In this document: positions 52,891-64,000 of the stretch, in pieces
Layout of the letters: the number at the start of each line of letters is the position of its first letter
Position numbering within the stretch: position 1 is the stretch's first letter
Assembly: GCA_963693365.1 (NCBI GenBank)
Contig: CAVNZM010000001.1
Location: 5,906,907-5,970,906, forward strand
Reading direction: 5' to 3'
From: Amoebidium appalachense
Taxonomy: Eukaryota > Protista > Ichthyosporea
DNA: 64,000 bases
Program-made: the position numbers and the translations under genes
Notes under the pieces: generated by a model
The model's database searches: none
The model's input: only the letters and a program-made list of their open reading frames with translations
What the model was told of the DNA's origin: nothing

Positions 52891-54354
52891 ATGAAGATGG
52901 GTGACCCACAACTAGCAGATCGGTTTGCCAACCGACCCATGAGTGCCCCAGTGTATAGTGAGTCTGGGCAGCGTTTGTATGGGCTTGACGCTGAGATCGC
53001 CCTTAAGATGCAGTCGAAGAGAGACGTCAACTATGAAAAGAAAGTTCTTGAGTGGGTTGGAAAGATGATCGACCAGCCGGTAAGTTAGAGCACCACACTT
53101 CGAGTAGAGCAGCGAATCCCCAAAACATTAGGACACCCCATGCTTCTGTTTAGTGTTATGAACGTAGAAACGCTATGACACGTTTAGCTACGCCTTAGCC
53201 TCTGCTAACGATGCTGTTGCAGATCGTCGAGGAGACAGACACGGGAGATGAGTGGGTGGCCCGACTCCAGTCCGGCGTGCTGCTCATTAAGCTTGTGAAT
53301 GCCATTAAACCTGGAACAGTTGAGAAGTGGAACACACAGGTATGCCGTGATGCAAGTGCAAACTATAAAGTGCCGATCTTTGTTCTTATGATCTGTTGGT
53401 GCATTGCTTTTTCACTCGTCTTCTCAAGCCCGCATGGAGATCTTGGTTGGACCAGTGAGGTCTGCAATCACTGGCCAGATTTGCCAAGCTAACAATGAAA
53501 TCACAGTTGTTGCGTGCGTGAGCTTGTCTGACTTAGAACCATTTTTACTCGTCAATAGGATCACCCGCTGGCCTACCTGGAAAACATCAAGCTCTTTATT
53601 GAGGCTGCGAAAAAAATAGGTGAGTGTGATTCTTCGCTAAATCTCAGACGCGGCACATCGCATGTTTTTGGTGCTGCAAGTGCATGGGCGTGGATCTCAT
53701 GGATCTCTGAGTGATGTCAACGGGGGTTGTTCAAGACGCACCAGAAACACAAAATCAACCATGATAGCTACAACCTAGAGAATACCTAAGACTCATGTGT
53801 GCATGCCCCACAGGCATTCCATCAACATCGTTGTTCATGGCAGAAGATCTCCACCGTGGCCGGAACAAATCGACCTTTATCGACTCTCTCAGTGCTATTG
53901 CCCGCTTCTGTGACGACAGTGAAACCACAGATGGTAAGAGAAGCAAGTTTTTGCAAGCAGCGACCAGTGTTATCCACAGAAGCCTTGTTCGTGCTGCCGG
54001 TCCATCCTTTTTGTTGTGTTTGTTGTGAGGAGGCGATGGTGGCAGCGCATGCACCACTAGCTCTAAGGGTGCCATGTGCTTTTCTTCCTTTCTTTCTTTT
54101 TATTTTTTATTTTTTATCTTTTTTTTTGAGGGGGGGGGAGGGGAGGGGGGGGGGGGGAAGGGGGTATTGGTGGGGAGGGGGGGGGGAGGGGGGGAAGGGG
54201 AAGGGGGGGGGAGGGGAAGGGGGGGAGAGGGGAGAGGTGGGAGTTAATGGGTTATCTCCGACTATGGCCCTCGGCTCTATTCTAGTTAATGTTTGTGTTT
54301 GTGTGTAATGGTGGTGGTGTGGTGGCAGCGGCCCTTAACCAGTACTCATGTGGT

Positions 54355-54392
<38 letters not shown>

Positions 54393-56844
54393 CTTCTTTT
54401 TTTTTTCATTTTCTCTCTTTTTTTTGGGGGGGGGGGGGGGGGGGGGAGGGGGGGAGGAGGGGGGGGAGGGGGGGAGGGGGGGGGGGGTTTGGAAGGGAAG
54501 GGTTATCAGAAACTACAGCACTCATCGGGCACCCGGGGGGGGGGAGGGGGGAAGGGGGGAGGGGAGAGGGATGGGGGGGAGGGGGAAGACAGCGCACGTG
54601 TGTGTGTGTTTGGAGGGACAGGGTGAAAGGGGGGATTCACAGGGCAGGTGAAGCAGAAATATTTCAGAAAAGTTCGTCATATTCCGAAAAAAAGTTCAAC
54701 ATGTTTTGATAACACGAGGAGGATCTGAGATAACTCAGGGTATGCAGCGCTTGAATACTAAAAACTAGTTCTTGGCTTTAAGTCGGTGTTTTTTTTTTTA
54801 TGCTACCTCGGAGATGTGGGAAGATGGGGGAGGGGAGGGAGGGGGCGGAGGCGGGGGCGGGGGGAGGGAAAGGGCGGGGGGGGAGGGAGGGCAGGTTATA
54901 TGATTAAGACGGGTCTGAGCCACCAACTAATTGCTTATACTGCAGCGCCCAAGTTCAATGAAGAGGCAGCAGCAAAGCCTAAACGGGCTCCGAGCAAACG
55001 GTGGAAACCCGTGGAAACGGCACCTAAGATAAAACACATCAGCGAGCTTACCGGCGAGGATGCACCTGTCAACCACATGTGAGTGCTTGTCCGAAAGATT
55101 CCAACGGGTGTGCTGCTTTGAGAGAGGCTAACTCAAACTAGAATCACACTTAGCAGTTAGTAGACACCATGTGTATATTGGTTGCGATATAGAGAGGTGC
55201 ACTTGGCGGTGGCGGTGGCGGTGGCGGTAGTGGTGGTGGTGGTGTTGATGTGTGTGTGTGTGCACGTGCGCGCACGCCCGTCTGCGTGTGTAAGCTCACA
55301 TGTGTATGGCTGTGTGTATGTGTGTGCCTGTTTAGAGGGCTGGGCTGCCCGGGGGTTGGGGGGGGAAGGGGAGGGGGTGGGGGGGAGGAGGGAGGGGTTG
55401 GGGGGAGGGGCCGGAGGATTTTTTTGACGGTTACTCAGAAAATTGACCAAACTGGCTGCTTGTTGCTGACTCTTTTGGCTTACACACACGCACCCATGCA
55501 GGGAGGTGACCCGTGCGGATGGGTCTGTGGTGTACGGCATGGATGCGGAGGTGGAGCTCAAGCTGCAGGCCAAGAGGGACCCCAACGAGGAGGCAAACAT
55601 CCTCGAGTGGGTCGAGAAGGTCGTCGGTGAGCCTCTGGGAGATGATCTTGCTGTACGTGTCCCTCTGAACTGTGCCTTCTTCCTTGTCCCAGCAGAAGTG
55701 GCATGTACACTATGAAACCATAACGTAGCTGAAGGGCAGAACAGTGTGTGCCGACCAGCAACGCACCTCCATTTGATTTACTTAGGATGCCTCCTTGATA
55801 TACTGTATTTGGGTACGAGTGGTTAAGCCTGTCCTTACAAATTTGTCCCCACACAGGTGACGCTTAAAGACGGGCAGATGCTGTGCAAGCTGATCAACAA
55901 GCTGTCCCCTGGCATCGTCAAGAAATACAACACTGCCGATAACGTCTTGGCCCACCTAGAGAACATCAAGATCTACCTACAGGCTTGCCAGGTACGTGCC
56001 AGTTTCTTAATCTTCGCACCGTTTGGCAACCCTCTCCCTTCTTTCCTCCATCACCCCCCCCCTTCCCCCCAAAGCGACCTCCCCCCCCCCCCCTTCCCCC
56101 TCCTCACTTCCCCTCCTTCTGTTAAATTCCCCCTTAAGCGTCTGTCTTTTCTCATTCCTGCTCCCTGGTTGCCTTAAAGTTGGTTGGGGGTGTGGTGTGC
56201 AAGGGAGGTTTATTTTGGTTTTGTGAAGTCGAATGATACCATAAGGTTGCAGGTGTGTGGTTTATACAAATGGTCTCCTGGTTACCCTTGCTTCAGCTTC
56301 TTGCCGTCTCTTTTTACACAAATTGAAAAGTATTTGAGAGTTGTTGGCACATTTTCGAGCGCACAGTTTGACGAAGCATTACCATATGTTCGTGTATAAA
56401 TCTCTGACCACAATCATTATATTTATCACTTTCCTTCTTACAGAAACTTGGGCTGAGCACCACGGAGGTCTTCCACGAGACAGACATCAAGAAAGGAAAC
56501 CTGTCAGCCGTTGTGTCTCACTTCCGGGCATTGGCACGCAAGGCCATTGAGCTGCCAGACTATGACGGTAGGCTTTGGTGTATGGCATTTTGATCAGCTT
56601 ACTTCGTCGATTTGAACACACTAACCATGATGTTGGGCCAAAAATGAAGCGGTTCTCGGCAGAAGCGGCTGCAGGGGGGGGGGAAGGGGGGGGGGGGGGG
56701 GGGGTTCGGTGGTGGGTTGGAGGGGGGGAGGGGGGGGGGGGGGGGGGGATGGGTGGGTAGTGAAGGGAGGGAGGTCGGTGATGAGTCTATTTTTTTTTTT
56801 TTTTTTTTTTTTTTGCTGGTGGTGGTGGTGGTGGTGGTGGTGGT

Positions 56845-56898
<54 letters not shown>

Positions 56899-56963
56899 GG
56901 GGGAGGCGCGTTGGTGCCGGGGCGGGGGGAGGGGAGGAGGGAGGGGGATAGGTTTTTTTTTTT

Positions 56964-56994
<31 letters not shown>

Positions 56995-58749
56995 GAGGGA
57001 GGGGGGGTACAGCGGAGGGGGGGGGGGGGGGGGAGAGAGGGGGGGGGGGGAGCATTGGTGCTGAGGGGGAGGGGGGGGGGGAAGGAGGGAGGGAGGGGGG
57101 GGGGGGGGGAGGTGATTTTTTTTTGGGGGGGGGGGGGGGCAGATGTATGGGTGCTTGGGAGGGCGCCCGGGGGGGGGGGGGGGGGGGGGGGGGTAGAAAC
57201 GGCATCGAGATGGTGAGGTCACAAGGGGTATCGGGGGGGAGGGGGGGGGGAGGTGTTTCTTTGCCTAGCCAGACCGTCCGGCGTGCACACAATTTACCAA
57301 CATCACACGTACATACAGGACCCCAGCTCCTTCTTGCCACGAGCCTCACCAGGGTGTCCTCTGAGAGAGGCACTGCACCAACCCGCTTCCGTGAGAAGTA
57401 CAACAGCATGTCGGCACTTGCCCGGCAGACATCGCTTGATGACAAGTCGCTGGAGACAGGCAGCAGCAGCACGACCACAAGTCAGACCTCTGAGGTGGGC
57501 AAGGCTCCTGGGACACCTGTGCGTGAACGCATGGCACGTTTTCAGAGACCTGCAAGCATTGCTTCCCCCATGTCACCCCACTCCCTGCAGCACGTACATG
57601 CCAAGTCACCGCTTGCCACACCCACCCATCCTGTCTCTAAACCCTCCCACGAGCCTCAGAAGCTTGCTGAACCCACTGTTACAGTTGCACCTTCTCCTAC
57701 CTTCCGACGCAGGACTTGCATGCAGAAAGTTCGTTATGCAATGCTATATGGTATCACTAGAAGCATGTATGCATGCATCTCGGTGGCTACACTGTGCGCA
57801 TTCACATGCTGCAGCAGTTACACGGTGTCAAATTTACTGGTTGGGCAGGCAGCCTGTCCTTAGTGGCTGCCAGTTAGGCGTTAAAATGCCTCTTTATTCG
57901 GAAATCCCTTAGCGCGATAATGAACTAACCACTTTCACCTTAGGTCCCATATGTTACCATGGTAGTGTAAGTAGCAATCGTTTTCCTGGCCACCTTTGGC
58001 ATCATTTCTGATCAATATAGCAACTAAATCCTCGCTTGCTGGACCAATAATAATATACAAGTGCAACATGTACGCTTGATGAATAGCAGATGTTCAAAAG
58101 ACCTTTTCTTGTGCTGGCTGGTACGGCCAATAAAGTGAGGGAGGCCACTTTATTGTGGCTGACCAGTCGTTAGGTTACAACGGCCAAAACACTCTTTGCC
58201 AAAAAGCTTTGCACGATATACTTCGACCCATAGTTTCTTTTGGCCAAGCGCTTGCTGCAGTTTTTTTCTTCCTCATCATACTTTTCAACATCCGGAATCG
58301 AGGTCCCTGGGTTTGCATAAACCAAATTCTTTCTTTCTTTCATCGTTTTTTTTTTCTGGGGGAGAGGGGAAGGAGTGTAAGGGAGGGGGTATCGGAAGAT
58401 TCACTCCCCACAACAACAACCTTTCCTGCTCCTCTCCTACACACACATACACACACCCGCCTCCTCCCTCTCTCGCTCCCCCCCTCCCCGCCCCCCCCTT
58501 CTCTCCCCACGTTCCCTCTCTCCTTGTATACACACACATGCACATTTCCTATGACCCTCTTTCTCTCTCACACAGACAATCTGAGATTCTCTCTTTCTCC
58601 CTCCCTCTCTCCCCCCTCCCCCCCCTTCCCCCCCCCCTCCCCCCCCCCCCCTTTCCACCGGTGTTCCCTGTCTCTCATCTTATACGGCGCATACACACAC
58701 ACCCCTGGACTACTCCTCTTGCCAACCATTCCCCCCCCTCCCCCCCCCT

Positions 58750-58786
<37 letters not shown>

Positions 58787-61148
58787 AAGAAGAAAAAAAG
58801 GCGGGGGGAGAAGAGAAGGACAAAAAAGGAGATGCAACCTTGCACATTCGACATTGTTTCCACACACACACACACACAGCCAACCTAGAAAACCTTGCAA
58901 ATGCATCACACACACTACTTGATGTGCTAGCCCCTGCCTAATTTGACATAAACTAACCATTGTGGTTGCTGCACAGGAGCCATACGGGTCCATCAGCAGT
59001 GAGCCACAGCACAAGTCACTTGCTCCCCAACGCTCACGATCGCGCCTGGCACCAGAAGATGCAAAGCCACAACTACACAAGCAGCCCTCCCGCCTTGCTC
59101 TTCCTAACACTCGCGACAGCGAAAGCTCACACTCCGCCGTCTCCTCTTCCTCTCCGACCAATGAAACCACCAATGTCCCATCGTCATTGCCAAATAAGGA
59201 AACCAAACCCAACGTCAACCAATCAGACACCAACGTTTCCAATACCATTCGTGAGGACACCACGACCACATCTAAACCCACTACTCAAGCAGCAAACATT
59301 GCACCCCCACCAGCCGAGCAAAATGCACAAGTCGCAGTGCCTGTTTCCATCCCTGCCATCTCTCCCTCCATTGCAGCCACGGCCCTCCGGTCAGTTGGTG
59401 TGGGTGGCCAGTGGCTGTGGAGCTTCGTTTCCTTCACCACCCGTGTTGCACTTTCACCCATCACCTACCCACTCTCATACGTCACTAGCTTCTGGCGTAA
59501 GCCGGCACCCAAACCAGCAGCTGAACCCGTGCCTGCTGCTCAAACAAACACACAGCAGCCAGCAACCCCTGCACCTACACAGCAACCAACCTCAACAACA
59601 CAACAGAAAACGAAAGATGAACAAGAAGCAGAGAAGAAAGCTGCAGAGCAGAAAGCTGCAGAGCAGAAAGCTGCGGAGCAAAAGGCAGCAATCGAGCAAC
59701 AGGAGAAACTACGGAGAAAGGCAGAAGAGCACCAGGCGCGTATGAGAGAAAATGCCGAAAAGAGGAGAAAGGAGGAGGAGGAGAGGCAGAGACAGAGGGA
59801 GGAAGAATTGCGCAAAAGCAGGGAGAGGGCGGAAAGAGAGGCAAAGGCAGCTGCAGAAAGAGCAGAGATGGAGCGGCTGCAGAGGGAGAAGGTAAGAGAA
59901 GAGAGGGAGAGGGTTGAGAAGGAGGAGAGCGAAAGGGAGGAAAGTGAAAGGGTCGAGAGGAAAATTAAGGAGAGGGAGGAGAAGGAGAGAATCGAGAGGG
60001 AAACAAGAGAAAGAGAGGTAAAGGAAAGGGTTGAGAGGGAAGAGAGGGAGAGAGAGGAAAAGGAGAGGATCGAGAGAGAAGAGAGGGAAAGGGAGGAAAA
60101 AGAAAGGTTCGAGAGAGCAGAGAGGGAGGAAAAGGAGAGGATCGAGAGAGAAGAGAGGGAGGCAAAGGAAAAAATAGAGAGAGAAGAGGGGGAAGAAAAG
60201 GAAAGGATTGAGAGGGAACAACAGAGGGAGAAGGAAGAAAAGGAAAGGATCGAGAGGGAAGAGAAGGAGAAGGAAGAGAAGGAGAGGATCGAGAGAGAAG
60301 AGAGGGAAGAGAAGGAAAGAATAGAGAAGGAAGAGAGAGAGAAGGAAGAAAGGGAAAGGATTGAGAGGGAAGTGAGGGAGAAGGAAGAAAAGGAGAGGAT
60401 CGAGAGAGAAGAGAGGGAAGAAAAGGAAAAGATCGAGAGGGAACAGAGGGAGAAGGAAGAAAAGGAGAGGATCGAGAAGGAAGTGAGAGAGAAGGAAGAA
60501 AAGGAGAGGATCGAGAGAGAAGAGCGGGAAGAAAACGAAAGGATCGAGAGGGAAGAGAGGGAGAAGGAAGAAAAGGAGGGGATCGAGAGAGAAGAGAGGG
60601 AGAAGGAAGAAAAGGAGAAAATCGAAAGGGAACAGAGGGAGAAGGAAGAAAAGGAGAGAATAGAAAGGGAACAGAGGGAGAAGGAAGAACAGGAGAGAAT
60701 CGAAAGGGAACAGAGGGAGAAGGAAGAACAAGAGAGGATAGAGAGGGAACAGAGGGAGAAGGAAGAACAGGAGAGGATCGAAAGGGAGCTGCAGGCAGCC
60801 AAAGGATTAGAAGCACAGATCCTGGAAAAGGAGAGACGCCAAAGCAAACAGAGAGAGCCTGCAGAAATCCCTTATGCCCAGCAAGAGCAAAAGCTAGAGG
60901 ACAGACAGGAGCAGGCAGAGACAAAGTCGCAAGGGGTGTGTGCTGTGCATCAGCAGCAAGTTGCCCTTGCCCAGGTGCTGTGTGGTTTGGAACAGGCAGG
61001 TGCGGCACGGGAGGAACGACTGGCTGCACTCGAAAAGGCCGCACACATACAGGTCTCCTTGCTCAGCTCCCCCCCCCCCCCCCCAAAAAAAAAAAAAAAA
61101 AAAAAAAACGTCCAAAACCATACCTGACACAGGCACAGAAACACATGT

Positions 61149-61235
<87 letters not shown>

Positions 61236-61413
61236 TGCGCAAAGTAACACCAGGTCCGTTAGCAGCCAACAGAGGAGCATACTTGAAAGGGGAAAGAAGG
61301 GGGGGAGGGGGGGGGGGGGGGAAGGGGGGGGGAAGGGGAGGAGATGGGGATGTGTTTTCGAGAATGATCACGAGTGTTGTGCAAGCCATTGGGAGCGGGA
61401 GGAGACCAGGGGG

Positions 61414-61448
<35 letters not shown>

Positions 61449-61738
61449 CTTTACGTGTCCATGTACAAACAACTTCCCCCCCCCCCCCCCCCCCCCCCCC
61501 CCCACACACACACACAAAAAAACACTCCCCTCCTCCCCCCCCCCCCCCCCCTCTCCCCCTCCCCCCCCACGATAAAATGAGAGCGAATGTGAACTTTCGA
61601 TCCGGCGGCCTACACGGAGCTAAATTCGTTTCTGCTATAAAGTCCACATGCATCCTCTCTCCGTTTACCCTCCCCCTCTCCTACCCTCACCCTCCCTCCC
61701 TTTCTCCTCCTCCCCCCCTCCCCCTCCCCCCCCCTTCC

Positions 61739-61769
<31 letters not shown>

Positions 61770-62422
61770 AAAAAAAAAAAAAACACACACACACCCTCTC
61801 CCCCATCCTTCCAACCCATCTTTTCCCCGTCTTCCGTCCCCCTCTTCCTCCTCCCCACCTCCCCCCGGAACCGGGATCAAGTAAAATAAGGCTTGCCGTG
61901 CGCCTGCCGTAGCTGCATCTAGGTCAATGAGCTACCAGGAGTTATTTTCTGCTTTCTCATATCATTCTTCTGACCTGTTGTTCAGCAGCAGCTCGAGAAG
62001 GAAGCGGCACAGAGCTGGCTAGAGCCTGACACGGACTGGGCTACTTCATATGCCCAAATGACCCTGGTAAGTACTGCCAGCCAGGCCGGCCAGCTCTCAT
62101 TATCACTTGCTCTTTTTTGTCTTGTTGGGCTGCATCCCGGCTATTCCGGTGCCAGTGCTGAGTTCTGAGTGCCCTATCATACAGGGACATTGTGTTTTGC
62201 CTGTTTCTCTGTCCCAGCCCCCATGTGTTCTGGGCTGCTCAATATGTTACTTTATGCAGCCACCTGTCAGTTCTGAGGTGTGCGACACGGAGGCAGCAGC
62301 CGGGGCAGCCATGCAGCGGTGGCAGCGGGCGGCCGAGAAGAAGCAGCGCCACGCATCCCGCAGAGCCCACCAGGCAGCGGCAGTCTGCGACATGCACGAC
62401 CAGTGGGCAAGCATGTGGGCCC

Positions 62423-62467
<45 letters not shown>

Positions 62468-62500
62468 TCGTGTGTGTGTGTGTGTGTGCAGTGGTGTGTG

Positions 62501-62541
<41 letters not shown>

Positions 62542-63023
62542 AGGGGAAGGGAGGGGAGAGGGGGGGGGGGGGGGGGGGGGGGGGCGTGGTGGTCGGTGCA
62601 TGCATGGGTGGGCTTCTCGTGTTTGTGTATGCACGTAATCACCGCCCACTCAGCTGGGTCAGGACAAATTAGGAACCACCTGGGATTTGTCTAATCTCGG
62701 CTGTGTTGGTGCCGCTGCATGCATGTATGCGATCTATAATCTATTACTGACCTTTCTATACCCAGGCGCAGGCCGCGAGTGCTCAGGAGGGGGCTGTGGC
62801 GGTGCAGCAGCAGCTTGTGGGGGCGCTGGCCGGGCAGCAGGCAGCCATTGGCCAGCAGCTGGCCGGGCTCGAGGCCCAATCAAATCAGCGCTGGGCTGCA
62901 CTCGTGCGCCTGGAGGCACTGGCCAACGAAAAGGCTCAGGTGCGTGTAGTGTTCGTGTACAGTTGTGAATAATATTTTTGTTGCAGAGATGGTGGGCGGC
63001 CGGCCGGCTAGGGGACATGGCAG

Positions 63024-63068
<45 letters not shown>

Positions 63069-63538
63069 GGGCTTTAGAGGGTGATGTGATGAGATCGTTT
63101 CAGGCGAATTGAACAGGAACTAACAAAGGGGAAATATCGAAATTTAGTTGATGACTCTTGGGGTGCTCTCGAGAGAAACTTCTGGCAAAAAGATCATTCT
63201 CACGGATCAAACCCACAGAAGCAGTGGGAAGAGCCTGGAAACGAGTGGACACAGGCTCCATTTGATACCACCGCAGAAATACCTCTGGTGAGTTTCAAAG
63301 CATTGCTTTACGATTCCGAATCATTTGTCACCTATGACAGGGATGTAATCCTATTTCTTGTCTGTATATACAGCCACCGGTCAGTTCTGAGGTGTGCGAC
63401 ACGGAGGCAGCAGCCGGGGCAGCCATGCAGCGGTGGCAGCGGGCGGCCGAGAAGGAGCAGCGCCACGCAGCCCGCAGACCCCACCAGGCAGCAGCAGTCT
63501 GCGACATGCACGACCAGTGGACAAGCATGTGGTCCCAG
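52891..63538 (+). CDS. Large cytoskeletal protein: two calponin/transgelin-type CH domains, ER/K single-alpha-helix region and repeated coiled-coil modules; continues beyond the window
   Basis: Exons 52891-53079, 53223-53339, 53559-53619, 53814-53933, 54946-55078, 55502-55652, 55857-55991, 56444-56567, 57319-57728, 58977-61052, 61986-62066, 62260-62424, 62766-62939, 63219-63287, 63374-63538. CH1: [50 protein letters not shown]2: [43 protein letters not shown]. Confidence 0.88.
59620..60790 (+). repeat. Coding purine-rich minisatellite encoding ([13 protein letters not shown])-like ER/K repeats
   Basis: Recurrent 33/39-bp units; about 390 codons almost entirely E/R/K/Q/I/A. Confidence 0.92.
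62260..63538 (+). repeat. Duplicated 165-bp exon (62260-62424 similar to 63374-63538)
   Basis: Both encode [50 protein letters not shown], and both are followed by (GT)n introns. Confidence 0.93.
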
Positions 63539-63560
63539 GTGTGTGACACTGTGGGTTTCA

Positions 63561-63617
<57 letters not shown>

Positions 63618-63716
63618 TGTGTGTGTGTGTGTGCGTGCGCGCGCGTGCGTGCGTGCGCATGCCCGTGCATGTTCGTGTGCATGCGCATAACATTGTGCGT
63701 GTGCGTATGTGTGTGT

Positions 63717-63747
<31 letters not shown>

Positions 63748-64000
63748 CATGTGTGCATGTGTGTTTGCGCGTGTGTGTGTGTGCGCGCGCGGTGTCTGTG
63801 CGATGTGTGTGTGTGTTTGGGGGGGGGGGAGGGGAGGTGGATGTGTGGGTGTGTGGGTATGAACGAGGGGGAAATGGTAGGGGCAATGGGGCGAGGGGGG
63901 AGGGGGGGGAGGGGGCGAGGACAAACTATGCATCTGCTGTGCTATGTGCGCTGGGCCACCGTATTTTGCTGTTGTTATAGTATGGGTAATACATTACCAG

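Noticed and set aside
59540-61044. Long minus-strand Ser/Leu/Phe ORFs (435, 340 and 359 aa)
   Set aside because: Antisense shadows of the purine-rich ER/K exon

Overview
Eukaryotic, intron-rich DNA, probably from a unicellular opisthokont; the species cannot be fixed from sequence alone. It is saturated with poly-G/poly-C, (CA)n/(GT)n and (CT)n tracts, so most ORFs in the supplied track are low-complexity artefacts. Supportable genes: an intronless NuiA (nuclease A inhibitor) homologue with a mitochondrial-type presequence (6172-6849, -); a small C-type-lectin-like ORF (4502-4843, +); a multi-exon TBC1D22/Gyp1 Rab-GAP (core exons 12293-22889, +); a secreted S8 subtilisin with three Cys-rich hevein/CBM18-like repeats (30897-35512, +); and a large gene with two calponin-type CH domains, a roughly 390-aa ER/K single-alpha-helix and tandemly duplicated exon modules (52891 to beyond the window end, +). 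Positions 37023-52132 are a resolvable four-element transposon nest. An internally deleted split-direct-repeat tyrosine-recombinase (YR) retroelement contains a Ty1/copia element (TSD CCACT). The copia carries a young, apparently intact Ngaro-type YR retrotransposon in its 3' LTR and a foreign solo LTR (TSD GTGTC) in its RT gene. Best candidates for novelty: a mitochondria-targeted bacterial-type nuclease inhibitor (possible EndoG inhibitor), a copia primer-binding site that looks like a tRNA-Tyr half-molecule, a probable spliceosomal intron in Ngaro gag, and intron-by-intron switching of G/T versus C/A tract polarity. Family assignments come from motif recognition by eye, not from database searches.
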